Under the pieces are notes generated by a model. The model had not been told where the DNA came from. It searched no databases and saw only the letters and a list, made by a program, of their open reading frames with translations. This document shows, piece by piece, positions 31,889 through 42,361 of a stretch of 64,000 nt of DNA. The first letter of the stretch is position 1. Every line of letters begins with the position of its first letter. The position numbers and the translations under genes were made by a program. This stretch comes from an uncultured delta proteobacterium (GTDB taxonomy: Bacteria > Myxococcota_A > Polyangia > Fen-1088): NCBI GenBank assembly GCA_963796685.1, contig CAWCMR010000008.1, positions 704,001 through 768,000 of the forward strand, given 5' to 3'.

Positions 31889-32926
31889 ATGAAGCCAAGA
31901 CATCCGCCGCACGCCTTCGTCTACCGCGCCGGGATCGGCCTCGCGGGGACGCACATCACCTGCGACGCCACGGGATTCCCGAGCGACCTCATCTTCGTGT
32001 CGCATGCGCGCGCGCTGGCGCCGCGCGGGCCGGTCGCGCTGACGGGCGCGCGGGCGGGCAGACGGCAGATCGTGACCACCGACCTGACGCTGCGCCTGCT
32101 GGGCGACGCGGGTGAGAAGCTGCGCTCGCGCACCCTGCCTGCGGCCTTCGGTCGCCCGTTCAATCTGGGCGACCATCGCCTCGAGGTCGTGCCCACCGGC
32201 CACCTGCCGGGTTCGGCGGCCCTGTTGTGCGAAAGCGAGCAGCGACGAATCTTCTACCTGGGCGCCTTCTGCCCCGAGCCGCTCTGGGCGGACCTTACGG
32301 CCAGCGAGGTGAGAAGCGCGGATGCCGTCTGTGTCGACGCCACCTTCGGCGACCCGCACCTGGTATTTCCCGCGCGTGGGGAAGCCGTCGCGAGCATCCG
32401 GAGCTTCGTGAAGACGACTCTTGGCGACGGGCGAACACCCGTGCTGCTGGCCTCCCCTTTCGGCGCTCTGGCGGCCGTTGCGCAGGATCTGACCGCCGCC
32501 GGCTTCGCCTTGCGCGCCCACCCGCGCGTCGCTTCGGTTCTCGCCCGCCTGCGCGCGATCGTCGAGGCCCTGCCGACCCCGGCTCGCTTTACCGGACGCG
32601 TCACAAAGGGCGAGGTGCTGCTCTGGCCGCCCGAGGCGCGAGACGCGGAAAGCCTGACTGCGCTCGACAACCTGCGTCTCGCCCTGGTGTCCGGTTCCGC
32701 GGCAGAGCCCGGTGTGCTCGAGCGCATGCGCCTCTCGCACGGGTTTGCCCTGACCAATCTGCCCGGCAACGCGGAAATCCTGGCTGCCATCGCGGCCACC
32801 GGTGCCAAGGAGGTAGCACTTTTTCACCGCGGTGCCGAACCCTTGGCCGCGCTCCTGCGCGAGCGCGGCCTCGATGCGTACGCGATGGGACCGCCACGCC
32901 AAATGACGCTTCCGGGCAATCCGTAG
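31889..32926 (+). CDS. Metallo-beta-lactamase/beta-CASP fold protein with degenerate metal motif
   Basis: IFVSHARAL in place of HxHxDH, GHLPGSA, VDATFG. Confidence 0.65.
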   Translation: MKPRHPPHAFVYRAGIGLAGTHITCDATGFPSDLIFVSHARALAPRGPVALTGARAGRRQIVTTDLTLRLLGDAGEKLRSRTLPAAFGRPFNLGDHRLEVVPTGHLPGSAALLCESEQRRIFYLGAFCPEPLWADLTASEVRSADAVCVDATFGDPHLVFPARGEAVASIRSFVKTTLGDGRTPVLLASPFGALAAVAQDLTAAGFALRAHPRVASVLARLRAIVEALPTPARFTGRVTKGEVLLWPPEARDAESLTALDNLRLALVSGSAAEPGVLERMRLSHGFALTNLPGNAEILAAIAATGAKEVALFHRGAEPLAALLRERGLDAYAMGPPRQMTLPGNP

Positions 32927-33034
32927 CCTCGTCCGACTTTGCTCCCGATCCTCGCCCCATCCGAACCGCAATTTCTTTGGCGGGCGTGCGTGTCAAGGTG
33001 GAAGTGACACAAGTTTAGGGCTAAGACTGTCATC

Positions 33035-33787
33035 GTGTTCAATCTCGGATTTGGTGAGATCGCCGTCGTGCTTGTCGTCGCGCTGGTCTTCCTCGGGCCA
33101 AATATGCTGCCCGAGATCGCCACGGGGCTGGGCAAGGTCATCCGCGAGATCCGCAAGGCCACCGCGGATATCCGGCAAGACATCGAGCTGGACGACATGA
33201 TTCGCCGGCCACTGCAAGAGCTGCGCGACGCGGCCACCTTGCCGCCCGAGGAGCTGAAGCGGCGGGACGAAGCCAGGGCCGCGCAACGCAGGGTCGCGGA
33301 GGCGGAATCCAAGCGCAAGGAGCAGGAGGCCAAGGCTGCCGAGGAAGCCCGCCGCAAGCAGCAAGAGGCCGAGGCGGAGGCGCAGCGCCAGCAAAAGGCA
33401 AACGAGGAGCTGGCCAAGGCCGCCGCGGCACTGCCGAGGCCTGCCGGCCCGACCGATGTGGTCAGCTCGGGCGGGACGATGATTGCCAATCCGCCTCCGA
33501 CCGACGACATCCGCACCCTCACCCCTTTGCCCGATTTGCATTCTCCGCCGCCCGCGCTCACCGCCCATCCGCCACGCCTGCCACCGCCCTTGCCACCGCC
33601 GTCCTTGCCGCCGCCTCACCCAAGCGCAGCCAGGCCCGCCATCCCCGAGGACGCGACCGTTGTCGATCTGCACGCGCATCTCCATGCCGCGGCGGCGCAA
33701 ACGACAGCCCCGGCCGGTCCTCCTGCCTCGCAGCGAGCGCAACCGATGCCGTTGCAGAGGCGTCCGCCGGAAAGCAAGAAGGGCTAG
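33035..33787 (+). CDS. tatB: Twin-arginine translocase subunit TatB
   Basis: MFNLGFGEIAVVLVVALVFLGP; long Pro-rich tail; adjacent to tatC. Confidence 0.85.
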   Translation: MFNLGFGEIAVVLVVALVFLGPNMLPEIATGLGKVIREIRKATADIRQDIELDDMIRRPLQELRDAATLPPEELKRRDEARAAQRRVAEAESKRKEQEAKAAEEARRKQQEAEAEAQRQQKANEELAKAAAALPRPAGPTDVVSSGGTMIANPPPTDDIRTLTPLPDLHSPPPALTAHPPRLPPPLPPPSLPPPHPSAARPAIPEDATVVDLHAHLHAAAAQTTAPAGPPASQRAQPMPLQRRPPESKKG

Positions 33788-33790
33788 ATC

Positions 33791-34696
33791 ATGGCGGAAC
33801 AAGAGTCCGATGTAGCCCAATCGGCCGCGCCCCAGAACGGGGATCCCTACCTCGCGGCGGATGCCACCCCTCTTCAGATCGGCGGCACGACGGTAGCGGC
33901 CGGCGAACCCGATCGCCCCGGCGAGAAGCGCATGTCTTTTCTCGAACACCTGGTCGAGCTGCGCGTGCGCCTGCGCAACGCCGCGCTGGCCTTCATGGTG
34001 GCGATGATCGCGTCGTTCATCTTCGTCCAGCGCTACTTCGACTGGCTCACCCGACCGGTTCGCCGCGGCCTGCGCGATGCCGGCCACGAGATGAACTTCT
34101 ACGCCAAGAGCCTGACGGAGCCGTTCTGGGTCTACATGAAGTTGGCCATCGTGGGCGGTCTGTTGATCTCGGCGCCGTTCATTTTCTGGGAGCTGTGGCG
34201 CTTCGTCGCGCCCGGGCTGTATCGCAAAGAGCGCCGCATCGGCGTGCTCGTCGCCACGGCGACGGGGGTGTGCTTCATGGGCGGCGCGGTCTTCGCCTAT
34301 TCCTTCATGTGCGAACCCGCGGCCTACTACCTGACGAAGCTATGCACCAGCTTCTCGGGCGATCTTCCGTTCAAGCTCGATACCATGTTGATGATGGACG
34401 AGGTCGCCAACTTTCAGATGATGACCCTGGCGGGGTGCGGTCTCGCCTTCGAGCTGCCGGTCGTGCTTTCCATCTTGGGCTGGATCGGCCTCATCAGCAG
34501 CCGCGGCCTGCTCAAATTCAACAAGTACGCCATTGTGCTCGCCTTCGTGGTCGGGGCCGTGCTAACGCCAAGCACGGATCCCTTCACCCAGACGCTCTTG
34601 GCGGTACCCATTTTCGCGCTCTACAACCTGAGCATCCTGGTGGTCTGGCTGATCGAGCGCGGCCGGCGCAAACGCGACGCGGCCCTGGCCACGTGA
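33791..34696 (+). CDS. tatC: Twin-arginine translocase subunit TatC
   Basis: FLEHLVELRVRL, FVAPGLYRKE, FELPV, TPSTDP. Confidence 0.95.
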   Translation: MAEQESDVAQSAAPQNGDPYLAADATPLQIGGTTVAAGEPDRPGEKRMSFLEHLVELRVRLRNAALAFMVAMIASFIFVQRYFDWLTRPVRRGLRDAGHEMNFYAKSLTEPFWVYMKLAIVGGLLISAPFIFWELWRFVAPGLYRKERRIGVLVATATGVCFMGGAVFAYSFMCEPAAYYLTKLCTSFSGDLPFKLDTMLMMDEVANFQMMTLAGCGLAFELPVVLSILGWIGLISSRGLLKFNKYAIVLAFVVGAVLTPSTDPFTQTLLAVPIFALYNLSILVVWLIERGRRKRDAALAT

Positions 34697-34702
34697 TTTC
34701 GG

Positions 34703-35971
34703 CTAAGTGATCTTATACCAGCCGAGCATGGCGACAGAGGTGACCGCCATCCAGACAATGCCCGTGTTGCGGGTCGCCTGGCTGTGGGCTTCGCCGACCT
34801 GGCCGTCGAGCTCGTCGAAGCGATGCATGAGCTCCTCGGTGCCCGGCTGCCGAGAGAGCAGCTCTTGTTCGACGCGTAGCTTGTGTACTTCGGTGGTGCC
34901 CGGGCCAAAGCAGTAGTACACCGCAGGCAGAAACCCAAGCACCAGCGCGAAGACCAGACCCAGAAAGGCTCGCTTGGCTGGCTTGCGACGAAGGTCGCCG
35001 ACGTGGAAGCCGGCGGCCTTCTCTTCCATCTTGTTCGCCGCTTCGCGCGCCGTCGAGAGGCACTTGCGGCACCCCGAAGCCTTGGACTTGTCGTAGTAGA
35101 GGCCGTGCTGAACGCACCTCACCAGGTTGAGGTTCTTGGGATCCTCGTCCATGGCCACTCCCGAAGCTGCACCCATCCCCAGGTCGCGCAGGGAGCCGGC
35201 CGAGGCCGCCGATCGACTGTGCGCGGCGGACATATCCTCCTCGGAACCGCCGCGATCGCCACGCGCCAGCTCCAATTTCGGTTCAGGCGTAACATCGAGA
35301 GCCAGCCCGGAACCCGAGGGTTGACTCTGTCGGGGTTGGCGCCCTGGCGGCGCGGGCGTAGCGCCTTGACGAGCCCGCCCCGAAACCCCCAGCACCGGAG
35401 TCGCTGCGCGCTTCGGCTTGAAGGGATCATGCTCTCCTGTCTTGGCCGCTATCCGCAATGGGGCCGGCGTCACTGGCGCAAAGGGATCGCCCGAGGACGC
35501 AGGCGAGATCGAAGGCAGGTTGAATCCCCCACCGGCCGTGCCCCCCAACTGAAGATTGGATGAGGTGGACGCAGGATCTCCGCCTAGTGCGACCGACGCG
35601 CCCGGCCAGCCGCTCCCGGGAGAAGGCGTGGCCACCTTGGCCCGCGCCACCGGCGAGGGCACCGTGGGCGAGGGTTGGGACATCGGCATGTTCGATACCT
35701 GACTTGGCGAAGGCGAGTGCGTGTGCCCTCGGGCGCCGGCGGGGCGAATGACCGTCACGGCTCCGATCGATTGAAGATGGCGAACCAAGGCCTGCGCCTG
35801 GGCCTGCTCCAGACTCTGGCCGGCGCGCAGATTCTTGGCCGAGATGGCCTTCGCCACCGTGGCGAGCGGAACGCCGTGCTTGGCCGACAAAGCTGCCGCC
35901 AACCGCGTTTCGCCCGCGGCGCTCGGATCCGAGGAGCCCACCACGAACACATCGAACAGGTTGCCCGGCAT
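34703..35971 (-). CDS. Hypothetical membrane protein with CxxH...CxxC motif
   Basis: Small N-terminal globular domain, P/S/G-rich linker, CVQH...CRKC, two C-terminal TM helices; TATACT 7 nt before the ATG. Confidence 0.65.
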   Translation of the reverse strand: MPGNLFDVFVVGSSDPSAAGETRLAAALSAKHGVPLATVAKAISAKNLRAGQSLEQAQAQALVRHLQSIGAVTVIRPAGARGHTHSPSPSQVSNMPMSQPSPTVPSPVARAKVATPSPGSGWPGASVALGGDPASTSSNLQLGGTAGGGFNLPSISPASSGDPFAPVTPAPLRIAAKTGEHDPFKPKRAATPVLGVSGRARQGATPAPPGRQPRQSQPSGSGLALDVTPEPKLELARGDRGGSEEDMSAAHSRSAASAGSLRDLGMGAASGVAMDEDPKNLNLVRCVQHGLYYDKSKASGCRKCLSTAREAANKMEEKAAGFHVGDLRRKPAKRAFLGLVFALVLGFLPAVYYCFGPGTTEVHKLRVEQELLSRQPGTEELMHRFDELDGQVGEAHSQATRNTGIVWMAVTSVAMLGWYKIT

Positions 35972-36282
35972 GGGAGCTAGTATATCGGGGTCGGGCCGTC
36001 TACCAAACCTCCGAAATGGAAAGGTTGCGGCAGGCGTCAGCCGTGAGTTGAAACTTCCCGGTAAAAAAGGGTGCGAAAAACTTGACCGGAAACCGGCACG
36101 CCACAGGATGAGAGGATGCTGAGTGTCGCCTGCCACGAATCGCCGCCGCCCGCGCCCCCCGCGGAGCCGGCCCAGGCTACCTATCCGTTTCGCCGGCTCG
36201 CCGTCACCTTCGACAACGACGAGAGCCGAGGGCGAGTCCAGCGCCGCCGACGCGCGGCCATCCCCACCCTGAGCGTTCCCGT

Positions 36283-37556
36283 CTACAGCCGCATCGTCTT
36301 TCGTGCCGGCGCGGTGTCGATTCGCTGATCGATTCGTCGGATCCAGAGAACGACCGCCGCCACGAACAGGACGGCAAGAATGAGCGGCGACCTGGACTCG
36401 GGAGGCACGCCCCCGAGGACACAGCCGCATCCTGAACCGTTGCTCGTCCTATTCGTGCTGGCGGGCTGACCGCCACTACCCGCACCGCCGCCGCTGCCCG
36501 TCGAGCCGCCGGAATTCGAACCACCCAAGCTGGGTGCGCCGCCGTTCGAGATTCCGGCAGAACCGCCGCTTGCGCTGCCACCGCTGGTCCCGCCCGAGCC
36601 ACCGCGGCCGCTGCCACCAGAACCTCCACTTGCGACTCCGCCGCTCCCGGCATTGCCGCCCGAACCCGCGCTGACCATACCACCCGTCCCGCCACTCGCG
36701 CTGCCGCCTGCGCCGCCGCTGGCCAGGTTGCCGCCTGCGCCGCCGCTGGCGTCGGCGGGAACGATCGCGGCGTCGGAATTGGTGGTGGAGCCCGTGTCGG
36801 CGTCGAGAAAGCTGGCCAGCGCGTAGGTCAGCGGGGCGTTCCAGTTGATGGCCACCTCGTTCAGCTCGTAGTCGTTCACGTCGTCGGTCCAGTTCGTCGC
36901 GCCGTTCTTGTTGCCGTTCGGAGCCTGCGTGGACGTGTTGTTGCCGCCGCCCACCAGCAGTCCCGGCCACGGGGCGTCGATGCCGTCGGACTGCGAAGGA
37001 CGATGGTGGGGATGCATGGGCGGGTTGATGCCGAGCCCCGTGACCTGCGAGCGGTCGTAGTAGTTGCGGCCGAAGAGCCAGCTTATCTGATCGACACAGG
37101 TATCGAGGTAGTCGGCCTTGGGCGAAAGCCGGCTTGTCCGTTGAACGTGAACGAGACCGCCGTGTTGCAGCGCCAGCCGTAGAACCCCAGCATGGTCGCG
37201 ACGAAGGCATCGCGGTACACGTCGTCGCCGACGGGAAAAGTCACCGAGCGGCCCACGCCCGGGACATCGACGTAGAACTTGCCGGTCTCGCCGAGCTGGG
37301 TGAAATCCGCGATAACGATGCTTTGGCTGGTGTCGGGATCGGTTTTTGCCGCGCCCGCCGTGCCGGTGTAGGCGACGGAGCCATCGGCGTCGCGCTTGAC
37401 CGTGAAGGACGTGGCGGCGGCGGTGATGGACGCCCGCTTCACCCGGCCGGACAGGTAGCCGATGGAGCTGACCTTGACGTCCGAATCGGCGGCCTGAGCG
37501 AGCAGCGGGCCGACCAGGGCAAGGGCTGACACGAGAGCGGACAGGCATGGGCGCAT
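36283..37556 (-). pseudogene. Glycoside hydrolase family 9 cellulase with large internal deletion and frameshift; MYXO-CTERM-type tail
   Basis: Signal peptide, Ig-like CelD_N domain and FYGWRC joined out of frame near 37130 to LFGRN...HPHHRPS...NEVAINWNAPL, G/S linker and GSGCGC+TM. Confidence 0.85.
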
Positions 37557-37609
37557 GCGAACCTCCGGCAAGGGCGGGCGACCGCGCGACGATACCAAAG
37601 GTTTCGATC

Positions 37610-38800
37610 CTATTCCGACGGAATGATCTCGAGCAACTCTATATCGAAGACCAGCGTCCCGGCGGGAACGCCAGGCCTGGAAGGTGCGTTGCCATACGCC
37701 AGCTCTCCGGGGATCCAGAACCGCGTCTTGTCGCCGACCACCATCAAGCGCAGGCCTTCGGTCCATCCCCTGATCACGCCATTGAGCGGAAATTCCGCCG
37801 GCTCGCCGCGCACGACCGAGCTGTCGAACAGCTTGCCATCGGTCGTCCATCCCGAGTAGTGAACGCGCACGCGATCGGTGAGGAAGGGATGCACCTTTCC
37901 ACTGCCCTTGGTCAGGGTGACGTAGGCCAGGCCCGAGGCGGTCCTGGTGGCGTTCTTCGGCGGCGCGGCCACGTCACTCGGTGGCTCGAGCGGTCTTTTG
38001 CCTGGGATGATGTCGAGCAGCTCGACATCGAACACCAACATGCCGAAGGGGCCACCGGGCTGGCGGGCCGTTTCGCCATAGGCCAAGTTGGCGGGAATCC
38101 ACAGGCGGCGAACCTCGCCCACGACCATCAACTGCACGCCCTCGGTCCATCCCGCGATGACCTGGTCCAGTTTGAAGGTCGCCGGGCCGCCACCGGCCGC
38201 CGAGCTGTCGAACATCTTCCCGCTCGTCATCCAGCCCGTGTAGTGGACCGTGACCTTGTCCCAGCGATGCGGGTGAACCGTGCCGGTCCCTGGCCGCAGC
38301 ACCCTCGAGGCAAGCCCGGAGGCGGTCTTCTCGGCGTTGTCGGGTGGCGCGGCCACATCGGCGGGCGCCTTGCGCGGGTCGGCGGCGCTGGGTGATGGCT
38401 TGGCCCCCGACCTGGGCGCGGACGGTTCCCAACCGGACACCGCAATCCAATAGAGATCCTTGTCGACCGTCAGCTTGGTTCCCGGCAGATAGGTCTTGCC
38501 CTTCAGGGTGACCTTCTTGCGCACGGTCAGCTTGGTCCCGTAGCACTGATAGCGTGGCTCTCCCTCATCGTTGACCGGAATGTACCCATCCCCCAGCGAC
38601 AGCTTCTGGTCGTCTCCCCCCACGACCTCCGCCTCGGTCTCGCACAGTGGCACACCGTCGGGATAGGTCTTCACGACCTCCTCGTAGCTTGGCAAAGGTG
38701 TGCCACGTTCCTTCTTCACCGAGCCTTTGGCGTTCGCCAGGCCCGAAGAGAATGGAAACAGCAAGGCGACAACGGAAAGAAACACAACGCGCGAGTTCAT
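37610..38800 (-). CDS. Secreted FKBP-type peptidyl-prolyl isomerase with two FKBP domains
   Basis: Two copies of VHYxGW...FDSS...VIxGWTEG...WIPxxLAYG...LVFDxELL; signal peptide. Confidence 0.92.
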   Translation of the reverse strand: MNSRVVFLSVVALLFPFSSGLANAKGSVKKERGTPLPSYEEVVKTYPDGVPLCETEAEVVGGDDQKLSLGDGYIPVNDEGEPRYQCYGTKLTVRKKVTLKGKTYLPGTKLTVDKDLYWIAVSGWEPSAPRSGAKPSPSAADPRKAPADVAAPPDNAEKTASGLASRVLRPGTGTVHPHRWDKVTVHYTGWMTSGKMFDSSAAGGGPATFKLDQVIAGWTEGVQLMVVGEVRRLWIPANLAYGETARQPGGPFGMLVFDVELLDIIPGKRPLEPPSDVAAPPKNATRTASGLAYVTLTKGSGKVHPFLTDRVRVHYSGWTTDGKLFDSSVVRGEPAEFPLNGVIRGWTEGLRLMVVGDKTRFWIPGELAYGNAPSRPGVPAGTLVFDIELLEIIPSE

Positions 38801-38884
38801 GGGCTTCGGCCCAAACCGTAGCACGAGCGCTAGGCATTCGTGTCCCGCGTTTCCCCACAGGAGTGGCCAATTCGACGTCTCTGC

Positions 38885-39310
38885 CTATTGCGCGAATGGC
38901 CCTTCGGCGGTCTTTGCCAGGCTGAAGATGCCTAGGGCATTCGACCAGTAAACACACTCATCGTCAACGGCGACGGAGCCGCCCCCGGTCGAAGACATGG
39001 TCGCGAGAATGGCGAAGGAGCTGCCGTCCGCGGCCATTCTCCCGAGCCGCTCGGTCGTGCCGGACTCGCCACCCATGACGTAGAAATCGTAGCCATCGAA
39101 CGCGACGTTCAACGGGCGCGCCAGAGCTGCCGGCAGCGGTATGACCGCGATGGGCCCGCCCGTGGGGGCCATGCGCATCATCGCGTCTGCCCCCTCGTCT
39201 AGCCAGCACGCATCGGTTCCGCATGGCATGAGATCGGTGGGGCCAGCAGCGCCCACACCCAGAGGCGTGACCGGGCTGCTCGCGACCGGTGGCAGCCGGA
39301 CACTGTTCAC
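38885..39310 (-). CDS. Hypothetical protein, probable C-terminal fragment of a beta-propeller protein
   Basis: [10 protein letters not shown] and [12 protein letters not shown] blade-like repeats; no signal peptide; start uncertain. Confidence 0.45.
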   Translation of the reverse strand: MNSVRLPPVASSPVTPLGVGAAGPTDLMPCGTDACWLDEGADAMMRMAPTGGPIAVIPLPAALARPLNVAFDGYDFYVMGGESGTTERLGRMAADGSSFAILATMSSTGGGSVAVDDECVYWSNALGIFSLAKTAEGPFAQ

Positions 39311-39349
39311 AGCCCCTATGTAGCCAAGGCGCGTGGTACGCTCCAATCC

Positions 39350-39899
39350 ATGCAAGCAGCGCCGCACGTTCGGCGTTTCCTCGAGCTTTGGCTTGTCCGT
39401 CACGGAGAATCGACCTTCAACGCCGAAGGCCGGTATGCGGGTTGGTCGGACCCGCCTCTTACCCCAGCGGGAGAGGCGATGGCACAGGCGCTGTCTCCGC
39501 AGGCTGGCCGGGATCGAGCTCGATGGAATTTGGCGCTCGGATCGCATACGGACCCGGGAGACGGCGCGGCTGGCCGGATTCGAGGGCGTTCCGACCGATG
39601 TGCGCCTGCGCGAGATTCACTTCGGAGAGCTGGAGGGCAAGACCTTTGTCGAGGCGGGCGAGGAATGGCGCGAGCGGCTGCGCTCCTTCGCCGACTTCGT
39701 CGCTCCCGGTGGCGAATCCACGGCGGATGTAAGGCGCCGCGCCGAGAGCTTCCTTGCCGGCTTGGCCGTCGGCCGCCACTTGATCTTCTCCCACGGAGGT
39801 TGGATCCGATGTCTCATGGCGGCCTGCGGACACGACCGCTTTCCGGACAAGGCCGAGCTGGTGAAGCTCGACTGGTCGAATCGTCGGCTCATCCCGTGA
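39350..39899 (+). CDS. Histidine phosphatase family protein, one-base frameshift near 39500
   Basis: LVRHGES in one frame; [15 protein letters not shown] and FSHGG in the next. Confidence 0.85.
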
Positions 39900-39948
39900 G
39901 CGCACCTCCAGCCTACCAAGCTTCGGTTCGCCCTCGAAAGAATAGGGA

Positions 39949-40827
39949 TCAGACGAGGAAGTCGAACATCTGCACGCGCGCGAGGTAGCCCTCGAGCACG
40001 GCGGCGAACTCGTCGAGGAGGAGGTCGAGGACCAGGACGAAGCGATCCTTGTGGACGCGCAGGACCCGGCCCGAGGCTGGGATCTCGGGACCGGCCAGGA
40101 CGAGAACGCCGGAGATCTCGCTGTCCTGCGCGGGAAGCGTACCGGTGAGACGGAGATTGAGGTGCGTGCGCGAGAGCTCGACCACGGGGGCGACGCGGCC
40201 GTCGTCGAGCCGGAGGTGGGCGGCGAGGGCCGGGGGTGGCTCGACCCGGTAGTTGGCGCGGCGGTTCTGCTGAATCAGACCTTCGAGCTCGTCGTGGACG
40301 CGGCGTGAGATGGGCGAGTCCGGACTCTCGAGGATGAAGTCGCGCAAGCCCTTCATCGTCTTCTGGGTGACGATGATGTGCTCGCGCATCTCGGCGCTGC
40401 GTCGCTGGTCGTGGGCGATCTTCTCGGCGGCCGAGCCGAGCAGGGCGCGGTAAAAGGGCAGTCCGATGTCGGGGTTTCGCGAGCAGAAGTCGTGCAGACG
40501 CGCCGAATCGATGCGACGGAGGACCGCCTTGGGCCCAACCACCGCGTGGCAGTGGCGGAGAATGCCCGTCGTTGCGCCGAGCTCGCCGATGAGGCATGGC
40601 GGCTTGAGGAGGTAGACCTCGCGCTCGTCCTGGCGCAAGGAGACCTCGCCGGCAAGCAGGAGGTAGAAGGCGCCCGCCGCCTCTCCCTGGGCAAAGAGTA
40701 TCCGGCCCTCGCTTGCCTCGACGGGCTCGAAGAGCTCGGCCAAGCGCTGGACCTCTTCGTCGCTGAAGCCGCGAAACAATGGGATGCCGTGCAACTCGGC
40801 CGGGCCGATTCCTATTTTCTCGATCAT
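39949..40827 (-). CDS. Cyclic-nucleotide-binding domain protein with C-terminal PilZ-like domain
   Basis: IPLFRGFS...LFAQGE...IGELG...R cNMP cassette; RRANYR followed by a beta-rich domain. Confidence 0.75.
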   Translation of the reverse strand: MIEKIGIGPAELHGIPLFRGFSDEEVQRLAELFEPVEASEGRILFAQGEAAGAFYLLLAGEVSLRQDEREVYLLKPPCLIGELGATTGILRHCHAVVGPKAVLRRIDSARLHDFCSRNPDIGLPFYRALLGSAAEKIAHDQRRSAEMREHIIVTQKTMKGLRDFILESPDSPISRRVHDELEGLIQQNRRANYRVEPPPALAAHLRLDDGRVAPVVELSRTHLNLRLTGTLPAQDSEISGVLVLAGPEIPASGRVLRVHKDRFVLVLDLLLDEFAAVLEGYLARVQMFDFLV

Positions 40828-40936
40828 GGGGCTGCAGACTATCACGGCGCCGGGGTTGTCGCCGTCGCGGTGAAGTGGTGTCGAAGCAAGAACGACGCGC
40901 CAGTCCTGCTCGCCGGCCTCGTGGTAGCTTTGTCGC

Positions 40937-42344
40937 ATGCCACGGCCAGCGACCCACGAAACCCTCGACCGATTGAAGACGCTCGTCGGCCCGGCCGGGT
41001 TTTCCGTCGACAGCGACGAGCTTGCGCCCCACCTTGTCGAATGGCGCAACCGTTTCGTGGGCAAGACGCCGCTCTTGCTCAAGCCGGCATCGACGGAAGA
41101 GGTCGCCGCCATCGTGCGCATCTGCGCCGACGCCGAGGTGGGCATCGTGGCGCAAGGTGGAAACACGGGCCTCGTGGGCGGGCAAATCCCTCGTCCCGAG
41201 GGCGCCGATCTCCTGCTCAGCATGGGCCGCATGAACAAGATCCGCTCGGTCGATGCCGTCGACGACACCATGGTGGTCGAGGCCGGCTGCACCCTGGCCG
41301 TGGCGCAAGAGGCAGCGACCGACGTCGACCGGCTGTTGCCGCTCAGCCTGGCCGCCGAGGGCACGAGCCAGGTCGGCGGCAACCTCTCCACCAACGCGGG
41401 GGGAATCCACGTGCTTCGCTACGGCAACGCCCGCGATTGCGTGCTCGGTCTCGAGGTCGTGACCGCGGACGGCCAGATCTGGAATGGTCTGCGAGCGCTG
41501 CGCAAGGACAATACGGGTTACGACTTGAAACAGCTCTTCGTGGGCGCGGAGGGCACGCTCGGCATCATCACCGCCGCGGTGCTGAAGCTGTCCCCCCGCC
41601 CGCGCCAAATCGAAACCATCCTGGCCGGCACATCGGATCCCGACAAAGTGCTCGGGTTACTCACGCTGGCGCGGGAGCTGACGGGCGATGCCGTCTTCGC
41701 CTTCGAGATGATTTCGCGCTTTGCCCTCGATCTGGTCCTGCGCCACATCCCGGGAACGTCCGACCCGCTGGCCGCACACACGCCGTGGTACGTGCTCACG
41801 GATCTCACGGTTGGGCGCGAGGTGGCCGAGACATTCCTGGCCGCAGCAATGGAACGAGGCCTGATCGAAGACGCAGTCCTGGCCGGGAAGCTCGGCACAA
41901 GCCCAGGCCCTGTGGAAGTTGCGCGAGTCGATCTCGGAATCGCAGAAGCACGAAGGGGGCAGCATCAAGCACGACATCTCCGTGCCGGTGTCGCACATCC
42001 CGGCCTTCATGCGCGAGGCCCTGGCTGCTGCCGAAAAGCTGATCCCCGGCGTCCGCCCCGTGCCCTTCGGCCACGTGGGCGACGGCAACCTGCACTTCAA
42101 CTTCACCCAGCCGACGGACATGGACAAGGACGCCTATCTCCAGAAGTGGGCGGCCCTGAACCGCGTGGTGCACGATATCGTGGTCGCCCACGACGGCTCC
42201 ATCAGCGCCGAGCACGGCATCGGCGTGCTCAAGCGCGAGGAGGCCCGCCGCCGCAAGAACCCAGTCGAGCTGGACCTGCTTCGTCGAATCAAGCAAGCCC
42301 TGGATCCCAAGGGCATCATGAATCCCGGCAAAGGGGTCGTGTAG
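40937..42344 (+). CDS. FAD-linked oxidase (D-2-hydroxyacid dehydrogenase/GlcD family), frameshift near 41887
   Basis: QGGNTGLVGG, STNAGG, LRKDNTGYDL, GAEGTLGI; then KHDISVP, GHVGDGNLH, SAEHGIG, MNPGK in the shifted frame. Confidence 0.9.
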
Positions 42345-42361
42345 AAGCTGGCCAAAGGTCT

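Noticed and set aside
36116-36328. 70-aa plus-strand ORF between two minus-strand genes
   Set aside because: No recognisable motif and overlaps the GH9 3' end; cannot be supported, though not excluded
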